DNA of 64,000 bases from a virus (lineage: Duplodnaviria > Caudoviricetes): positions 3,409 to 67,408 of the IMG/VR virus record IMGVR_UViG_3300021387_000104; one strand, 5' to 3'. Of the stretch, positions 54,877 through 64,000 are shown in pieces. Position numbers and translations under genes: made by a program. Position 1 is the stretch's first letter; each line of letters opens with the position of its first letter. Below the pieces are notes generated by a model. That model did not search any database. It was not told where the DNA came from and saw nothing but the letters and a program-made list of their open reading frames with translations.

Positions 54877-57800
54877 ACTGAGGATACAAGATAATTCAGA
54901 AAAAGCGATTCAGGGGCTGCAATCCTTGGCCTCTTCTTTGAGTGACTTGAAGCGGACGCTCACCGGCGGGCTGGGTATCGACAAGACTTTAGAAGACCTT
55001 GAAAAGCTGAATCAAAAGTTTACCGCTACTTTTGACACACAGACGGTTGATAATATCAACAAGGTTGCCGACGCGCTGGAACGGTTGCAGAAGGCAAGCG
55101 ATGTAAAACTGCCGGACATGAAGGCCGATAAAAGTAGCGGTGCTGGGCTTTTTATGTCGGCAATTGATACGCCGATTGAGTACGCGAAACCGGACATAAG
55201 CGCTTTTGATAGTGCTAATGAAGACATCGAGCGCAAACTTCAAGACTTAAAGGATAGGATTGAGATTGATAATTCATATCCAAGCATTGAAGAACTATCA
55301 AACAAACTTGACGCATTAAACTCCGAAATTGGTGTGTTAGGCAGTGAAACCGGCAGCGCAAATGAAGAAGTAGGTCACCTCGACAAAACGCTGAAAGATG
55401 TGAAGGAAAATGCTGATGGCGCTTCAAACGGATTCGGCAATTTTGGCAAAGGGATAAACAAAACAATCTCCCCGCTGGACAAGTTAATCAAAGCCTTTAA
55501 CCGCATTCTGTTCTATCGCGTGATCCGTTCGGTGATTAAGGAAATCTCCAAGGGCTTCAGCGAAGGCATTGCCAATGTCAGAGAGTACAGCAAGGCAATC
55601 AACGGTTCTTTCAACACTGCCATGACCAACGCTGAAAACGCGCTGTTCAAGATGAAGAATAGCGTGGGCGCGGCATTAGCGCCTGCGCTTGAAGCGCTTG
55701 TTCCAGTACTTCAGACGCTTGTGTCGTGGTTTATCACGCTGGTCAACTATGTGAATCAGTTCATTTCCCTGCTGACTGGCAAAACGGAATGGACGCGCGC
55801 CATTGACGCGTCCGCATCATCGTTTGAAAAGACGAAGAAGTCCGCGTCCGGCGCTGCAAAGGAAGTTAAAAACCTGTTGGCTGACTTTGATGAATTGAAC
55901 ATTATTCAGAGCCAGTCCGGTGGTGGCGGAGGAGGCGCTGGCGGAGCGGTAACGCCAGACTACACAAAGGCGTTCGAGCAGGTCACGCAGTTTGACGGCA
56001 AGATCAGGGAAATCGTAAACTGGACAAAAGAAAACCTTGATTTGATCAAGGACACAGCCATTGCAATCGGGGCTGCGATTCTCGGCTGGCGTGTATCCAG
56101 CGCGTTTGGCGGGCTTATCAGCCAACTCGGCTCGCTCGTGGCCATGGGCGCGACCATCAAACTGGTCTGGGACTTCGTCACTTATTTCGATAACCAGTTC
56201 ATAAGAACCGGCGACATCGGGTGGCTCGTCGGCGATGTGCTGACCACGGCGGCCGGCGCGTACATCGGATCCAAACTGATGGAGAAGGTGATCGGGGAGG
56301 GCGGCGGCACGGTCGGTATCTCGATCGTTCTGGCCGTCAGCGCGCTGGCCTCTATCGTTGCCAGCATCCAGAACGCTGACGTGAGCGCCCTGTCCAGGGA
56401 AAACATCATCAACACCATACTCGCGTCCATGAAGATGGGCGGCGCTGGCATTGCCTTGGCCAAGTTCTTTAAACTCAACACGGCTGATGCGCTGAAAATC
56501 GGAGGCGGGGCCGCGCTGATCACGTTTGGTGCAGCCGTGGCCATCAAAGCCATTGCACAGGCAGCCGTATCGGATGATTTCTCATGGGAAAACCTCAAGG
56601 CGCTGGCCATCGGCTCAATTACCATGGGCGGCGGCGTCACGCTGCTCGGTAATACGCTTGGTTTGCCGATGCTCAAGTCCGTCGGGCTTGGGGCGGGTGT
56701 GGCCGTGCTGACGGCAGGCGTGTATGTAGGTGTCAAGGCGGTCAAACAGGCTGTGGATGCTGGCTTTACCGCTGAAACGCTCAAGAGTACGGCGCTTGCC
56801 TCTGCCGGGATCGGATTGGGCGCGGGGCTTATCGCGCTGTCGGCCGGTGCCGGACTGGGCGTGGCCGGTATTATTGCCGGAGGCGCTGTGCTGGCGACGG
56901 TCGGCGCGATCATCGGCATTTCCGCCATACTCAGGGCGCAGAAGAATGACATCAAATGGGGCGATATTTCGCTGACAGAGGCAGAAATCCAGTCCTTCGT
57001 GCTTGAGAGGATGTTCACCGTAGACGTGCCTACGCAGATTAATCTTGTTGACGTGAAGATCGGCAACGTGACACAGGCGGAAGAACATCTGAAGACGAAC
57101 GCGGCTGAACTGCTGAGTACGCTGAACGTGCTTCGCTTTGGTCTGGATGAGAAAAACACGTACAACACGCTGCTCGACCAGGTACTCGGCGAGAGCCGCG
57201 ATGGCAACGGCGGGATCATCAAGGACATCAAAGACGGCATTACCGTGAGAAAGGATCTGCTCACCCTGTCTCTGACTGTTATGCCGGTCCTTGATACCAA
57301 CGGCAAGGATATATCGAAATCCTTTGCGCAGAGCGATTCAGATGGCTGGGGGAAGGTCGAAAAGTTCGTTGAAGAGCAGGGTAATAAGCTGAGCAACCTG
57401 CTGATCGACCCGAACACGAAGCAGTTGAAGGAGAACCTCTCTGAGTACGAAAAGAACGCAGTCAACGAGATCATTGCCACGATGGCGAATATCAGCAACG
57501 CCGTTGGCGGCGCGAACATCGAAACGACCGCGCTTTCCAATCTAAGCCTTGGCTTGTCTGACCTGACGGAAGATTCCGCCAAGGACGTGATGCAGAAGTT
57601 CGCGGAATACCGCAAGGAACTGACTGAGAAATACACCAGCCTCCAGTATGAGACTGCAGGCAGCATCCTGTCCCGTGCGCGGGCGCTGGAAGCCATCGGA
57701 GATAAGGAAGGCGCGGAAAAGGCGATGAAGGAATATGAAGCCTACATAGCCGGGATCCCGAAGCGCGTTTCTGATGCCGTAGATAAAGCGTCCGGACAGG

Positions 57801-59164
57801 GCGTCGGCATGGTTAAAGACATGCTCGACAAGTTGTTTGTTGGTGAGCTTGGGAAAACAAGCAATTATGACCCGATCGAAGATTTCCTTGCTTCCACCTA
57901 CAACATCAGTGAAGAAAAGCGCAACGGCGCGTCGTTCAGCGAATATGTCACGAAGTTCGTGATGAGCAATATCGATGACAGCATCAAAAAAATCACCGGC
58001 ACGTCCCGCGAAGAATTCAGCAAGATGGGCGTGGACATTCTGGAGTTTATTCCTGAGTCCATCAAGCAGAATTACCTTGTGCAGGCGGCTGAAAAGTTTG
58101 GGCTGGATATAGCGGACGCATTGGCAGAGGCTATTGGCGTAAAAATGCCTGACGAAGTGCGACAGGCGATTATTGATGCGGAGGCGGAGGCCATGCGGAA
58201 CGCGGCGCTCGAAAGCGAGATTGACCGTGTGAACGAGGCCGGCGCTGCTATGCGCGCCGAACAGGCGAGGAAGAAGCAGGAAGAGCGCGAAGCGGAGATG
58301 CTCAGGGAAGCGCAGTATATTCTCGAACTCACCAACGCGCAGAGCGACCTGACATCCGCCGAGTATGACGTCGACAATAAACGCAAGCGCATCGAACAGA
58401 TTGAGAAGGACATCGAAAAGTACAGGAACAAGTACGACAACCCAGGCCCGTTCGACTTCCTGACCGGCGAGTACAAAAACGCGGAGAGAGCGCTGTTCTA
58501 CGGCACCGGCGTGTTCGATACGAGCGGCGGCCTGTATAAGCAGTTGGAACAGGCCAAAAAGGAGCTTGAAGAAGCGACAGCCAAAGCCGCTGAACTTCAG
58601 AAACAGCTTGATAATCTGACGCTTGGTGATGACCTTCTTGGCGATGACGGCGAAGAGATCACTGAAATTGAGTTCGTTGTCGATGATTCTGCGCTTGAAC
58701 CACCTGTCACAGCACCCGATCTGTCCGGCGTAACCGGCGCGTTTGACGCGGCACAGGCACAGGTACACGGAGATGTTGATGGCATTTTAAGGGATGCGGC
58801 GCGGCTTGGCAATATTCAGTTCCAGTATTCATTCGGCGGCGGTGGCGGCATGAAAATGGTCATGAAGGCCGGCGGCGGTTTCGTCGGAACGGGTGACCTG
58901 TTCATGGCCCGTGAGGCCGGTCCGGAACTGGTTGGACGCATCGGAAGCCGCACTGCGGTCGCCAATAACGACCAGATCGTTCAGGGCGTGGCCGGCGGTG
59001 TCGCGGCTGGCCAGAGCGAACAAAACTCGTTGCTCAGACAGCAAAACGACCTGCTGATGCAGATTTTGCAGAAGAGTGGCAAGGCGGAGGCTGTTCCGTC
59101 CGCTGATTGGGGGCGGTTCATCAAACGCAGCAGTGAAATGTATGCCAACAATACCGGCACGTAA
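54854..59164 (+). CDS. Tape measure protein
   Basis: 1436 aa, Ala/Gly-rich helical; C-terminal GDLFMAREAGPELVG motif. Confidence 0.9.
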   Translation: MADTPTLELRIQDNSEKAIQGLQSLASSLSDLKRTLTGGLGIDKTLEDLEKLNQKFTATFDTQTVDNINKVADALERLQKASDVKLPDMKADKSSGAGLFMSAIDTPIEYAKPDISAFDSANEDIERKLQDLKDRIEIDNSYPSIEELSNKLDALNSEIGVLGSETGSANEEVGHLDKTLKDVKENADGASNGFGNFGKGINKTISPLDKLIKAFNRILFYRVIRSVIKEISKGFSEGIANVREYSKAINGSFNTAMTNAENALFKMKNSVGAALAPALEALVPVLQTLVSWFITLVNYVNQFISLLTGKTEWTRAIDASASSFEKTKKSASGAAKEVKNLLADFDELNIIQSQSGGGGGGAGGAVTPDYTKAFEQVTQFDGKIREIVNWTKENLDLIKDTAIAIGAAILGWRVSSAFGGLISQLGSLVAMGATIKLVWDFVTYFDNQFIRTGDIGWLVGDVLTTAAGAYIGSKLMEKVIGEGGGTVGISIVLAVSALASIVASIQNADVSALSRENIINTILASMKMGGAGIALAKFFKLNTADALKIGGGAALITFGAAVAIKAIAQAAVSDDFSWENLKALAIGSITMGGGVTLLGNTLGLPMLKSVGLGAGVAVLTAGVYVGVKAVKQAVDAGFTAETLKSTALASAGIGLGAGLIALSAGAGLGVAGIIAGGAVLATVGAIIGISAILRAQKNDIKWGDISLTEAEIQSFVLERMFTVDVPTQINLVDVKIGNVTQAEEHLKTNAAELLSTLNVLRFGLDEKNTYNTLLDQVLGESRDGNGGIIKDIKDGITVRKDLLTLSLTVMPVLDTNGKDISKSFAQSDSDGWGKVEKFVEEQGNKLSNLLIDPNTKQLKENLSEYEKNAVNEIIATMANISNAVGGANIETTALSNLSLGLSDLTEDSAKDVMQKFAEYRKELTEKYTSLQYETAGSILSRARALEAIGDKEGAEKAMKEYEAYIAGIPKRVSDAVDKASGQGVGMVKDMLDKLFVGELGKTSNYDPIEDFLASTYNISEEKRNGASFSEYVTKFVMSNIDDSIKKITGTSREEFSKMGVDILEFIPESIKQNYLVQAAEKFGLDIADALAEAIGVKMPDEVRQAIIDAEAEAMRNAALESEIDRVNEAGAAMRAEQARKKQEEREAEMLREAQYILELTNAQSDLTSAEYDVDNKRKRIEQIEKDIEKYRNKYDNPGPFDFLTGEYKNAERALFYGTGVFDTSGGLYKQLEQAKKELEEATAKAAELQKQLDNLTLGDDLLGDDGEEITEIEFVVDDSALEPPVTAPDLSGVTGAFDAAQAQVHGDVDGILRDAARLGNIQFQYSFGGGGGMKMVMKAGGGFVGTGDLFMAREAGPELVGRIGSRTAVANNDQIVQGVAGGVAAGQSEQNSLLRQQNDLLMQILQKSGKAEAVPSADWGRFIKRSSEMYANNTGT

Positions 59165-59177
59165 GGGGGTGATTTGA

Positions 59178-59591
59178 ATGACGGAAGTGATCAGCGAAGG
59201 TGTGATTACACCTCAGGCTTTCCCAGAACTGAGGTACACAATGGGCTTCAGCGTTGATAAAACGCCACTTCCAGATCCGACGTCGTTCTCCTGTACAGAG
59301 TCAGACTTGGACACCATGGGCGAACGCGACGCCACCGGCTACCTGCACAGGAACATGGTGGCAAGCAAGTTCAACATGAAAATCAGTTGGGCGGTTCTGC
59401 CGTGGGACACCATTATGGACATTGGGAAGCTGACCAAAGGACCCAAGTTCAAATTCACCTTCCCGAACCCGTTCACCGGCGGCATAGACACCATAGACGC
59501 CTACGCCGGCGACAGAAGCACCAACGACAAGTGGAGTCCGCCCAATGGGATATGGATGGGCGACCTGAGCTTCAGCGTGATTCAGTATTGA
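59178..59591 (+). CDS. Distal tail (Dit-like) protein
   Basis: Directly after the tape measure gene; LPDPTS...DLD...RDATGYLHR. Confidence 0.7.
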   Translation: MTEVISEGVITPQAFPELRYTMGFSVDKTPLPDPTSFSCTESDLDTMGERDATGYLHRNMVASKFNMKISWAVLPWDTIMDIGKLTKGPKFKFTFPNPFTGGIDTIDAYAGDRSTNDKWSPPNGIWMGDLSFSVIQY

Positions 59592-59602
59592 GGTGATATG
59601 GA

Positions 59603-60475
59603 ATGTATGAGTTTTCCGAAACGCTTCAAACGGCGCTGAACGCGAACAACCCGCAGCGCGTACTGATTGAGTTTGCCAGCGGGGAGCAGTTCACCAACGA
59701 GGACATCGTAATGAGCACAGGCGTACAGGTCAGAAGCGAGTTCAATTCTGAAACAGACCTGACCATCGGACTGTGTCCATCCTCAGAAATCCAGTTTGCC
59801 ATGCTGAACGATGTCAATCAACTTGCAGACTTTGAGTTTGGTGAGTTCACCGCATATCTCGGCGCAAGAATCGACACCGGAACACCGGAAGTGACGGCGA
59901 AAACAGCGACCTTCACGGAAGGTGGCAGCACTGCGCTGTACGAGTTCGCGCCGCTGGGTGTGTTCATTGCCAAGCGCCCCAACGTGGTCAGGACAAACAT
60001 CATTGACGTGGACGCCAACGACCGCATGATGCTGTTTGACGTGGACATGCCCAGCAAAACAGCGCTGAACTTGACCTATCCGACCACGCTGGGCACGCTG
60101 GCGCAGAAGATGTGCGACTACCTGAACGTGCCGCTGAAAAGCGCGTCCTTCCTGAACAGCACGCTGGAGGTCAGCGAAGAACCTGAAGTGTTTGAAAGTT
60201 CCACCATGCGGGAGGTCCTCGGTCTGATTGCCGAAGCCGCGTGCAGTATCGCGCGGTTTGACAGGACGGGAAATTTGGAGTTCGTCTGGTTCAATCCAGT
60301 GAACAAGACCTACGACGAGCACGACTACAAAGACTTCACGCAGTATTGGTACGAAACGAAAAGCATTGACAAACTGCACATCCGCAACGGCGATTCCACC
60401 GCCGAATATATCTACGGCAACGGAAATAACGCCTACATGATCCAAGACAACCCGTTCCTGAGACAGCCCGATTAA
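59603..60475 (+). CDS. Tail hub/baseplate protein, N-terminal part
   Basis: Gene order; DAND.M..FD and LI.EAAC..ARFDR.G.L. Confidence 0.7.
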   Translation: MYEFSETLQTALNANNPQRVLIEFASGEQFTNEDIVMSTGVQVRSEFNSETDLTIGLCPSSEIQFAMLNDVNQLADFEFGEFTAYLGARIDTGTPEVTAKTATFTEGGSTALYEFAPLGVFIAKRPNVVRTNIIDVDANDRMMLFDVDMPSKTALNLTYPTTLGTLAQKMCDYLNVPLKSASFLNSTLEVSEEPEVFESSTMREVLGLIAEAACSIARFDRTGNLEFVWFNPVNKTYDEHDYKDFTQYWYETKSIDKLHIRNGDSTAEYIYGNGNNAYMIQDNPFLRQPD

Positions 60476-60528
60476 GAAGGTCGTGTCCTTTGAACGGTGG
60501 AATTTACCAAAGAAGGGGGTGAGAGCGG

Positions 60529-62619
60529 ATGGCAACAGCAGAAAAAGCGATTTATGACCGGCTTGCCGCCGCGCCAACCTTCCATCCTGCAAGCGTGGCG
60601 CTTTTCGCCAATGACTGGGCGCTGGACGCCGGCGACGTGGTAGCGGTCAAGTCTGGTGAGGACACCTTCAGCGTGCCGATATACGGCATGACGCTGGACT
60701 GGAAGGGCAACAGCATGATCGAAATCCAGTCCACCGGCAATGAAGAACGCAAGCCGATTTCAGCACTGAAAAGGCGGCAGTTCGCCAGCGGGCGAGGCGG
60801 TTACAGGCAGAAAAAGGAAATCGACGGATATTATCAAAGGCTGATCGAGGACCACGGCAGCATGGGTATGATCGCCGGCGCGCTCGGCGTAGTGCTGGAC
60901 GCTGACGGAAATCCAGTGACAGACCCGACAACCGGCAAGCTCGTATACGACCAAAATAGCCCCGCCGAAATGTTTTCAAGGCTGCTGACCACGCCGAACT
61001 ACGCTGAACTCGTATCCGCGCTGAACAACGGCACACAGCAAATCAGCGGTGCCAAGATCAACCTGTCATCTCAAGGCTCCGTCCTGATTCAGGCTATCAA
61101 CAACCGACCGAGCGGGGAGTCCTCCGTCACGATTGATGCGGATAAGATCAACCTGACGGGGTATGTTACCGCCACAGCGCTGGATACGCGCATGGCGAAT
61201 GTGGACCAGTTGTTTACCACGGCGGGCTACGCCGGAACGATCTATGCTGGGAGTGCCAGTATTACCGGCCAGGTCGCTGCGAATACTGTCATCGGTTCGC
61301 CTTATGTGCAGGCAGCGCAACTGTGGCTGTTGGACGGTGAAGGAAACCGGAGCGTGCGTATTACCGGCACGGGCGTAAGCGGATTTGGAACAGTGACCTC
61401 ATCCACAACCGGTGAAATATCCATTCCTTACTACACATTCCAAGTTCCGGTTGGTTCCGCGAATCCGGCGGGCACGATAAATTTTAATATCGCCAACATG
61501 GCTTACTACCAGAACCATGTTGGCATCAGCACAGTTTCCCCCGCGAAAGCATGGTCATGGGATGCGGATGACGGATACAGCATGTTGGTCACTGCAACCG
61601 CCAAAGACGGCACAACCAAGTCCTGCGGCGTACAGCCGCCTACTATCACCCTGAGTACCAACCTTGGCACGTCAGCTACAACAGCAGTACATTGCTACGG
61701 CCCGGAGGTCAGCGGAAACCAGCACGCGCTGGCGATGCAATATTCGCTGTACCTCAAAGCGGATAATGACTATTGCTACATCACAAAATCCGACGCCACG
61801 CCGGACACGTCTGCGTCAGGTAACGTGCTGGCAAGGATCGCTAACCCCGGCGGTAACAGTAGCATCACATGGCCGGAGGCCGGAACGAGCGGCTCTATGG
61901 TAGTGGCAGCTACAATCAATGGAACAGCGGATAACAAAACGTTCTATGTAGTCGAAGACAACAATTACGCTTATATCCGCAGCGTGAGTTCAACATCTGG
62001 CGGCGTGACCTACGCAAGGGTGACAAACAACGCATATGGTAACGGCCAGTCAAGTGTCACCATCGATGCCATGACGGCTGATGCACGTACAGACGATGAA
62101 ACTACTTATAACAACTGGACCATAAATAATACCCTTGGCACGGGCGGCTATAAATATGTGAAGGCCACATTCACCGCCAGCAATAATAACACCTATGTAG
62201 TTCGTGTAAATGCCGCCGCCACATACAACGCTGGTCACACCGCAGGCGTAGCAGATGGTGAAGCGAAATTTACACAAGCTACTGTCACGCTACAAGGTGC
62301 ATCAGCCGGAATAATTTATAAGCGAAAAACATCGGGCTCGATTAGAATTAAGTCTACTTCAATTGTGAAAGTAGGTACGGCTTATTACTATACACGGCAT
62401 GCCGTGTCAGAAACGCCGACATCTGCTTGGTATACAAGATCCACTTCAAAACCGGCATCAGGGACTACATACGACGAACGTTATGCATCAGGTGGAAGCA
62501 CTTCAGTATACGTGTCAGATAGTAGCGGAACATATTACTATCTTGGAGATGGTAGTGTATCTAATTTATATAACGCTGGCACTCCTGACTCCACCACTTA
62601 CTACACCAAATCATCATAA
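60529..62619 (+). CDS. Tail spike/Tal-like protein
   Basis: WALDAGD.V.V motif, then Thr/Ser/Tyr-rich beta domains. Confidence 0.65.
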   Translation: MATAEKAIYDRLAAAPTFHPASVALFANDWALDAGDVVAVKSGEDTFSVPIYGMTLDWKGNSMIEIQSTGNEERKPISALKRRQFASGRGGYRQKKEIDGYYQRLIEDHGSMGMIAGALGVVLDADGNPVTDPTTGKLVYDQNSPAEMFSRLLTTPNYAELVSALNNGTQQISGAKINLSSQGSVLIQAINNRPSGESSVTIDADKINLTGYVTATALDTRMANVDQLFTTAGYAGTIYAGSASITGQVAANTVIGSPYVQAAQLWLLDGEGNRSVRITGTGVSGFGTVTSSTTGEISIPYYTFQVPVGSANPAGTINFNIANMAYYQNHVGISTVSPAKAWSWDADDGYSMLVTATAKDGTTKSCGVQPPTITLSTNLGTSATTAVHCYGPEVSGNQHALAMQYSLYLKADNDYCYITKSDATPDTSASGNVLARIANPGGNSSITWPEAGTSGSMVVAATINGTADNKTFYVVEDNNYAYIRSVSSTSGGVTYARVTNNAYGNGQSSVTIDAMTADARTDDETTYNNWTINNTLGTGGYKYVKATFTASNNNTYVVRVNAAATYNAGHTAGVADGEAKFTQATVTLQGASAGIIYKRKTSGSIRIKSTSIVKVGTAYYYTRHAVSETPTSAWYTRSTSKPASGTTYDERYASGGSTSVYVSDSSGTYYYLGDGSVSNLYNAGTPDSTTYYTKSS

Positions 62620-62723
62620 AGAGTGTTCAGCGATCAGTGAGCAGTAGACAGAACTAACTGACAACTGACCACTAACCACTGCCCACTAACCACTGCCCAT
62701 TATCTACTAAAAAGGAGGCTCCC

Positions 62724-62999
62724 ATGACCCCACAGGAAATTAACCAGAACCTGACCAACATCAAAAACACCCTGAACACCGTCACCGTGTCCGGCGCAGA
62801 GAACATGAACCGCCTGCTTGGCTGCATCCTGCTCTTGGACAAGCTCCAGCCGGAAATCGCCGCTCTGGTCCAGCCTGAGGCAGAGGAGGTCACCGTCGAT
62901 GCGGCAGACCTGGATAAACAGCAGCCCGAAATCGCCGCTATGACGCGGCCAGAGCCGGAGGAGGAGGTCACCGTCGATGCGGCAGATCAGACTGACTGA
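62724..62999 (+). CDS. Small hypothetical protein with an internal duplication
   Basis: AAGGAGG RBS; QPEIAA..PE.EEVTVDAAD occurs twice. Confidence 0.6.
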   Translation: MTPQEINQNLTNIKNTLNTVTVSGAENMNRLLGCILLLDKLQPEIAALVQPEAEEVTVDAADLDKQQPEIAAMTRPEPEEEVTVDAADQTD

Positions 63000-63243
63000 C
63001 GGCAGCACCTATCCCGTGGACCGCTGCGGCGCGACGAGTGACACGCTGTACCTCAACGTGCCTGGCGGAGACATGCCAGCGTTGGTGGCCGTGTTCGCCC
63101 GCCCGGACCTGACCGACCGCATCGAGCATTGGTTCGACGGCACGGAGGTCGATCACATTACCTACGAGGGCTATACGCGCCTTGCCAGCGCCAGCCTGAG
63201 TCCCACCGGCGTGAGCCTGATGCTGCAGAGAGGAGAGACCTAA
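62977..63243 (+). CDS. Hypothetical tail-associated protein
   Basis: Co-oriented ORF overlapping the previous gene. Confidence 0.6.
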   Translation: MRQIRLTDGSTYPVDRCGATSDTLYLNVPGGDMPALVAVFARPDLTDRIEHWFDGTEVDHITYEGYTRLASASLSPTGVSLMLQRGET

Positions 63244-63244
63244 C

Positions 63245-64000
63245 ATGCCTGATATAAATGTGAACTGCATTGTAAATTGCAATATCAAACTGAGCGAACC
63301 GACCAAGAAAATCTTTCTGAGCACACCGCTGGCGTATAACAACATGTTGGCACACGCCATGCGCGTCACCGTGTACAACGATGACGGCACAGCGGCAGAC
63401 CTGACTGGCGTTGGCGTGACGGGCGTGTTCCTGCGTGCCGACAACAAAACGGTCAATCCGATCAACGGCACGACCGTTGAAAGCGCTTCCGGTGTCAGGA
63501 ACATTGCCGAAATCATCCTGCCTGCTTCATGCTACATCGTTCCCGGTCGCTTCACGTTCACCATGAACCTGACTGCCAACGGCTCTACCCGCACAGCCCT
63601 CTGGGTGGAAGGGCATGTCGAGCGCAATACCAGCGAGGAAATCATCGACCCCGGCACGCCTGTCGGCAATATTGAGCAAGCCATCGGAAACGCTAACTCT
63701 GCCGCGTCAGCTGCTAATGCCGCCGCCTCCGATGCCAACGCAGCCGCCGAAACCGCCACCCAAGCCGCCGCTGCCGCGCAGGAAGTAGCGGATAATGTGG
63801 AGGGGGAAGTCGATGAGTTAAGGAGCGCTATTGACCTCTCCGATCAGGAAATCGCGAAGAAGGCGAACCGCTCCAGCGTCACGGAAGATCGTACCATCAG
63901 CGGCACGGGCTCCGTCACCGTGGAAGACGCGCTGGACGAGCCCGCAAAGGTCGTGATCGGTCTGGAACCGAAACAGGACTTGCACGGATATGATAAACCG
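63245..64000 (+). CDS. BppU-like baseplate/tail-fibre protein, 3'-partial
   Basis: GAGGAG RBS; ADLTGVGVTGVFLRAD...ILPASCY.VPGRF N-terminal domain, then an Ala-rich coiled coil; runs off the window. Confidence 0.7.
   Translation, partial: MPDINVNCIVNCNIKLSEPTKKIFLSTPLAYNNMLAHAMRVTVYNDDGTAADLTGVGVTGVFLRADNKTVNPINGTTVESASGVRNIAEIILPASCYIVPGRFTFTMNLTANGSTRTALWVEGHVERNTSEEIIDPGTPVGNIEQAIGNANSAASAANAAASDANAAAETATQAAAAAQEVADNVEGEVDELRSAIDLSDQEIAKKANRSSVTEDRTISGTGSVTVEDALDEPAKVVIGLEPKQDLHGYDKP

Noticed and set aside
49994-58768. Long minus-strand ORFs (49994-51595, 56182-57696, 57542-58768; also 5433-6563 and 34156-34893)
   Set aside because: These are shadow frames of strongly codon-biased plus-strand genes, with no RBS or recognisable motifs.
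60529-62619. Diversity-generating retroelement acting on the tail spike
   Set aside because: No reverse transcriptase and no template/variable repeat pair are visible in the window.
62640-62705. Short tandem repeat CCACTAACCACTG (two copies plus degenerate flanks)
   Set aside because: Too short and too few copies to support a function; probably slippage in an intergenic spacer.

Overview
The window is most of the genome of a temperate, long-tailed (siphovirus-type) phage of a Firmicutes/Clostridia-like host. It starts inside a tail-fibre gene and ends inside a baseplate/tail gene, and an att region sits internally, so it looks like the excised or virion form. Order: tail fibre, lysis, a block of conserved unknown late genes, a minus-strand Ro60/TROVE gene with an RNA array, att region, tyrosine integrase, cI/cro switch, early genes, recombination/replication genes, terS, a reverse-oriented accessory island, terL, then head and tail genes. 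Three things stand out. (1) At 12293-14370 a RAMP/Cas7-like gene and a partner gene are followed by a non-coding array of 15 units. Every unit is 5n+4 nt long and built from GGN-NN pentamers, which suggests an RNA-guided system with a gapped code. I recall a similar architecture being reported recently as VIPR but cannot verify that here. (2) At 7318-9760 the Ro60 gene is preceded by five related stem-closed RNAs, three of them carrying tRNA T arms; two of these on the minus strand and the plus-strand copy show T arm, closed acceptor stem and D arm in circularly permuted order. (3) The 466-bp segment 9326-9791 lies between inverted CTGTTAA anticodon loops. Flipping it rebuilds a fully paired tRNA-Asn and a complete attP, and points a strong promoter into the RNA array and Ro60 gene, so it looks like an integrase-driven inversion switch. 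All counts were done by hand, and family assignments come from motif recognition, not database searches.
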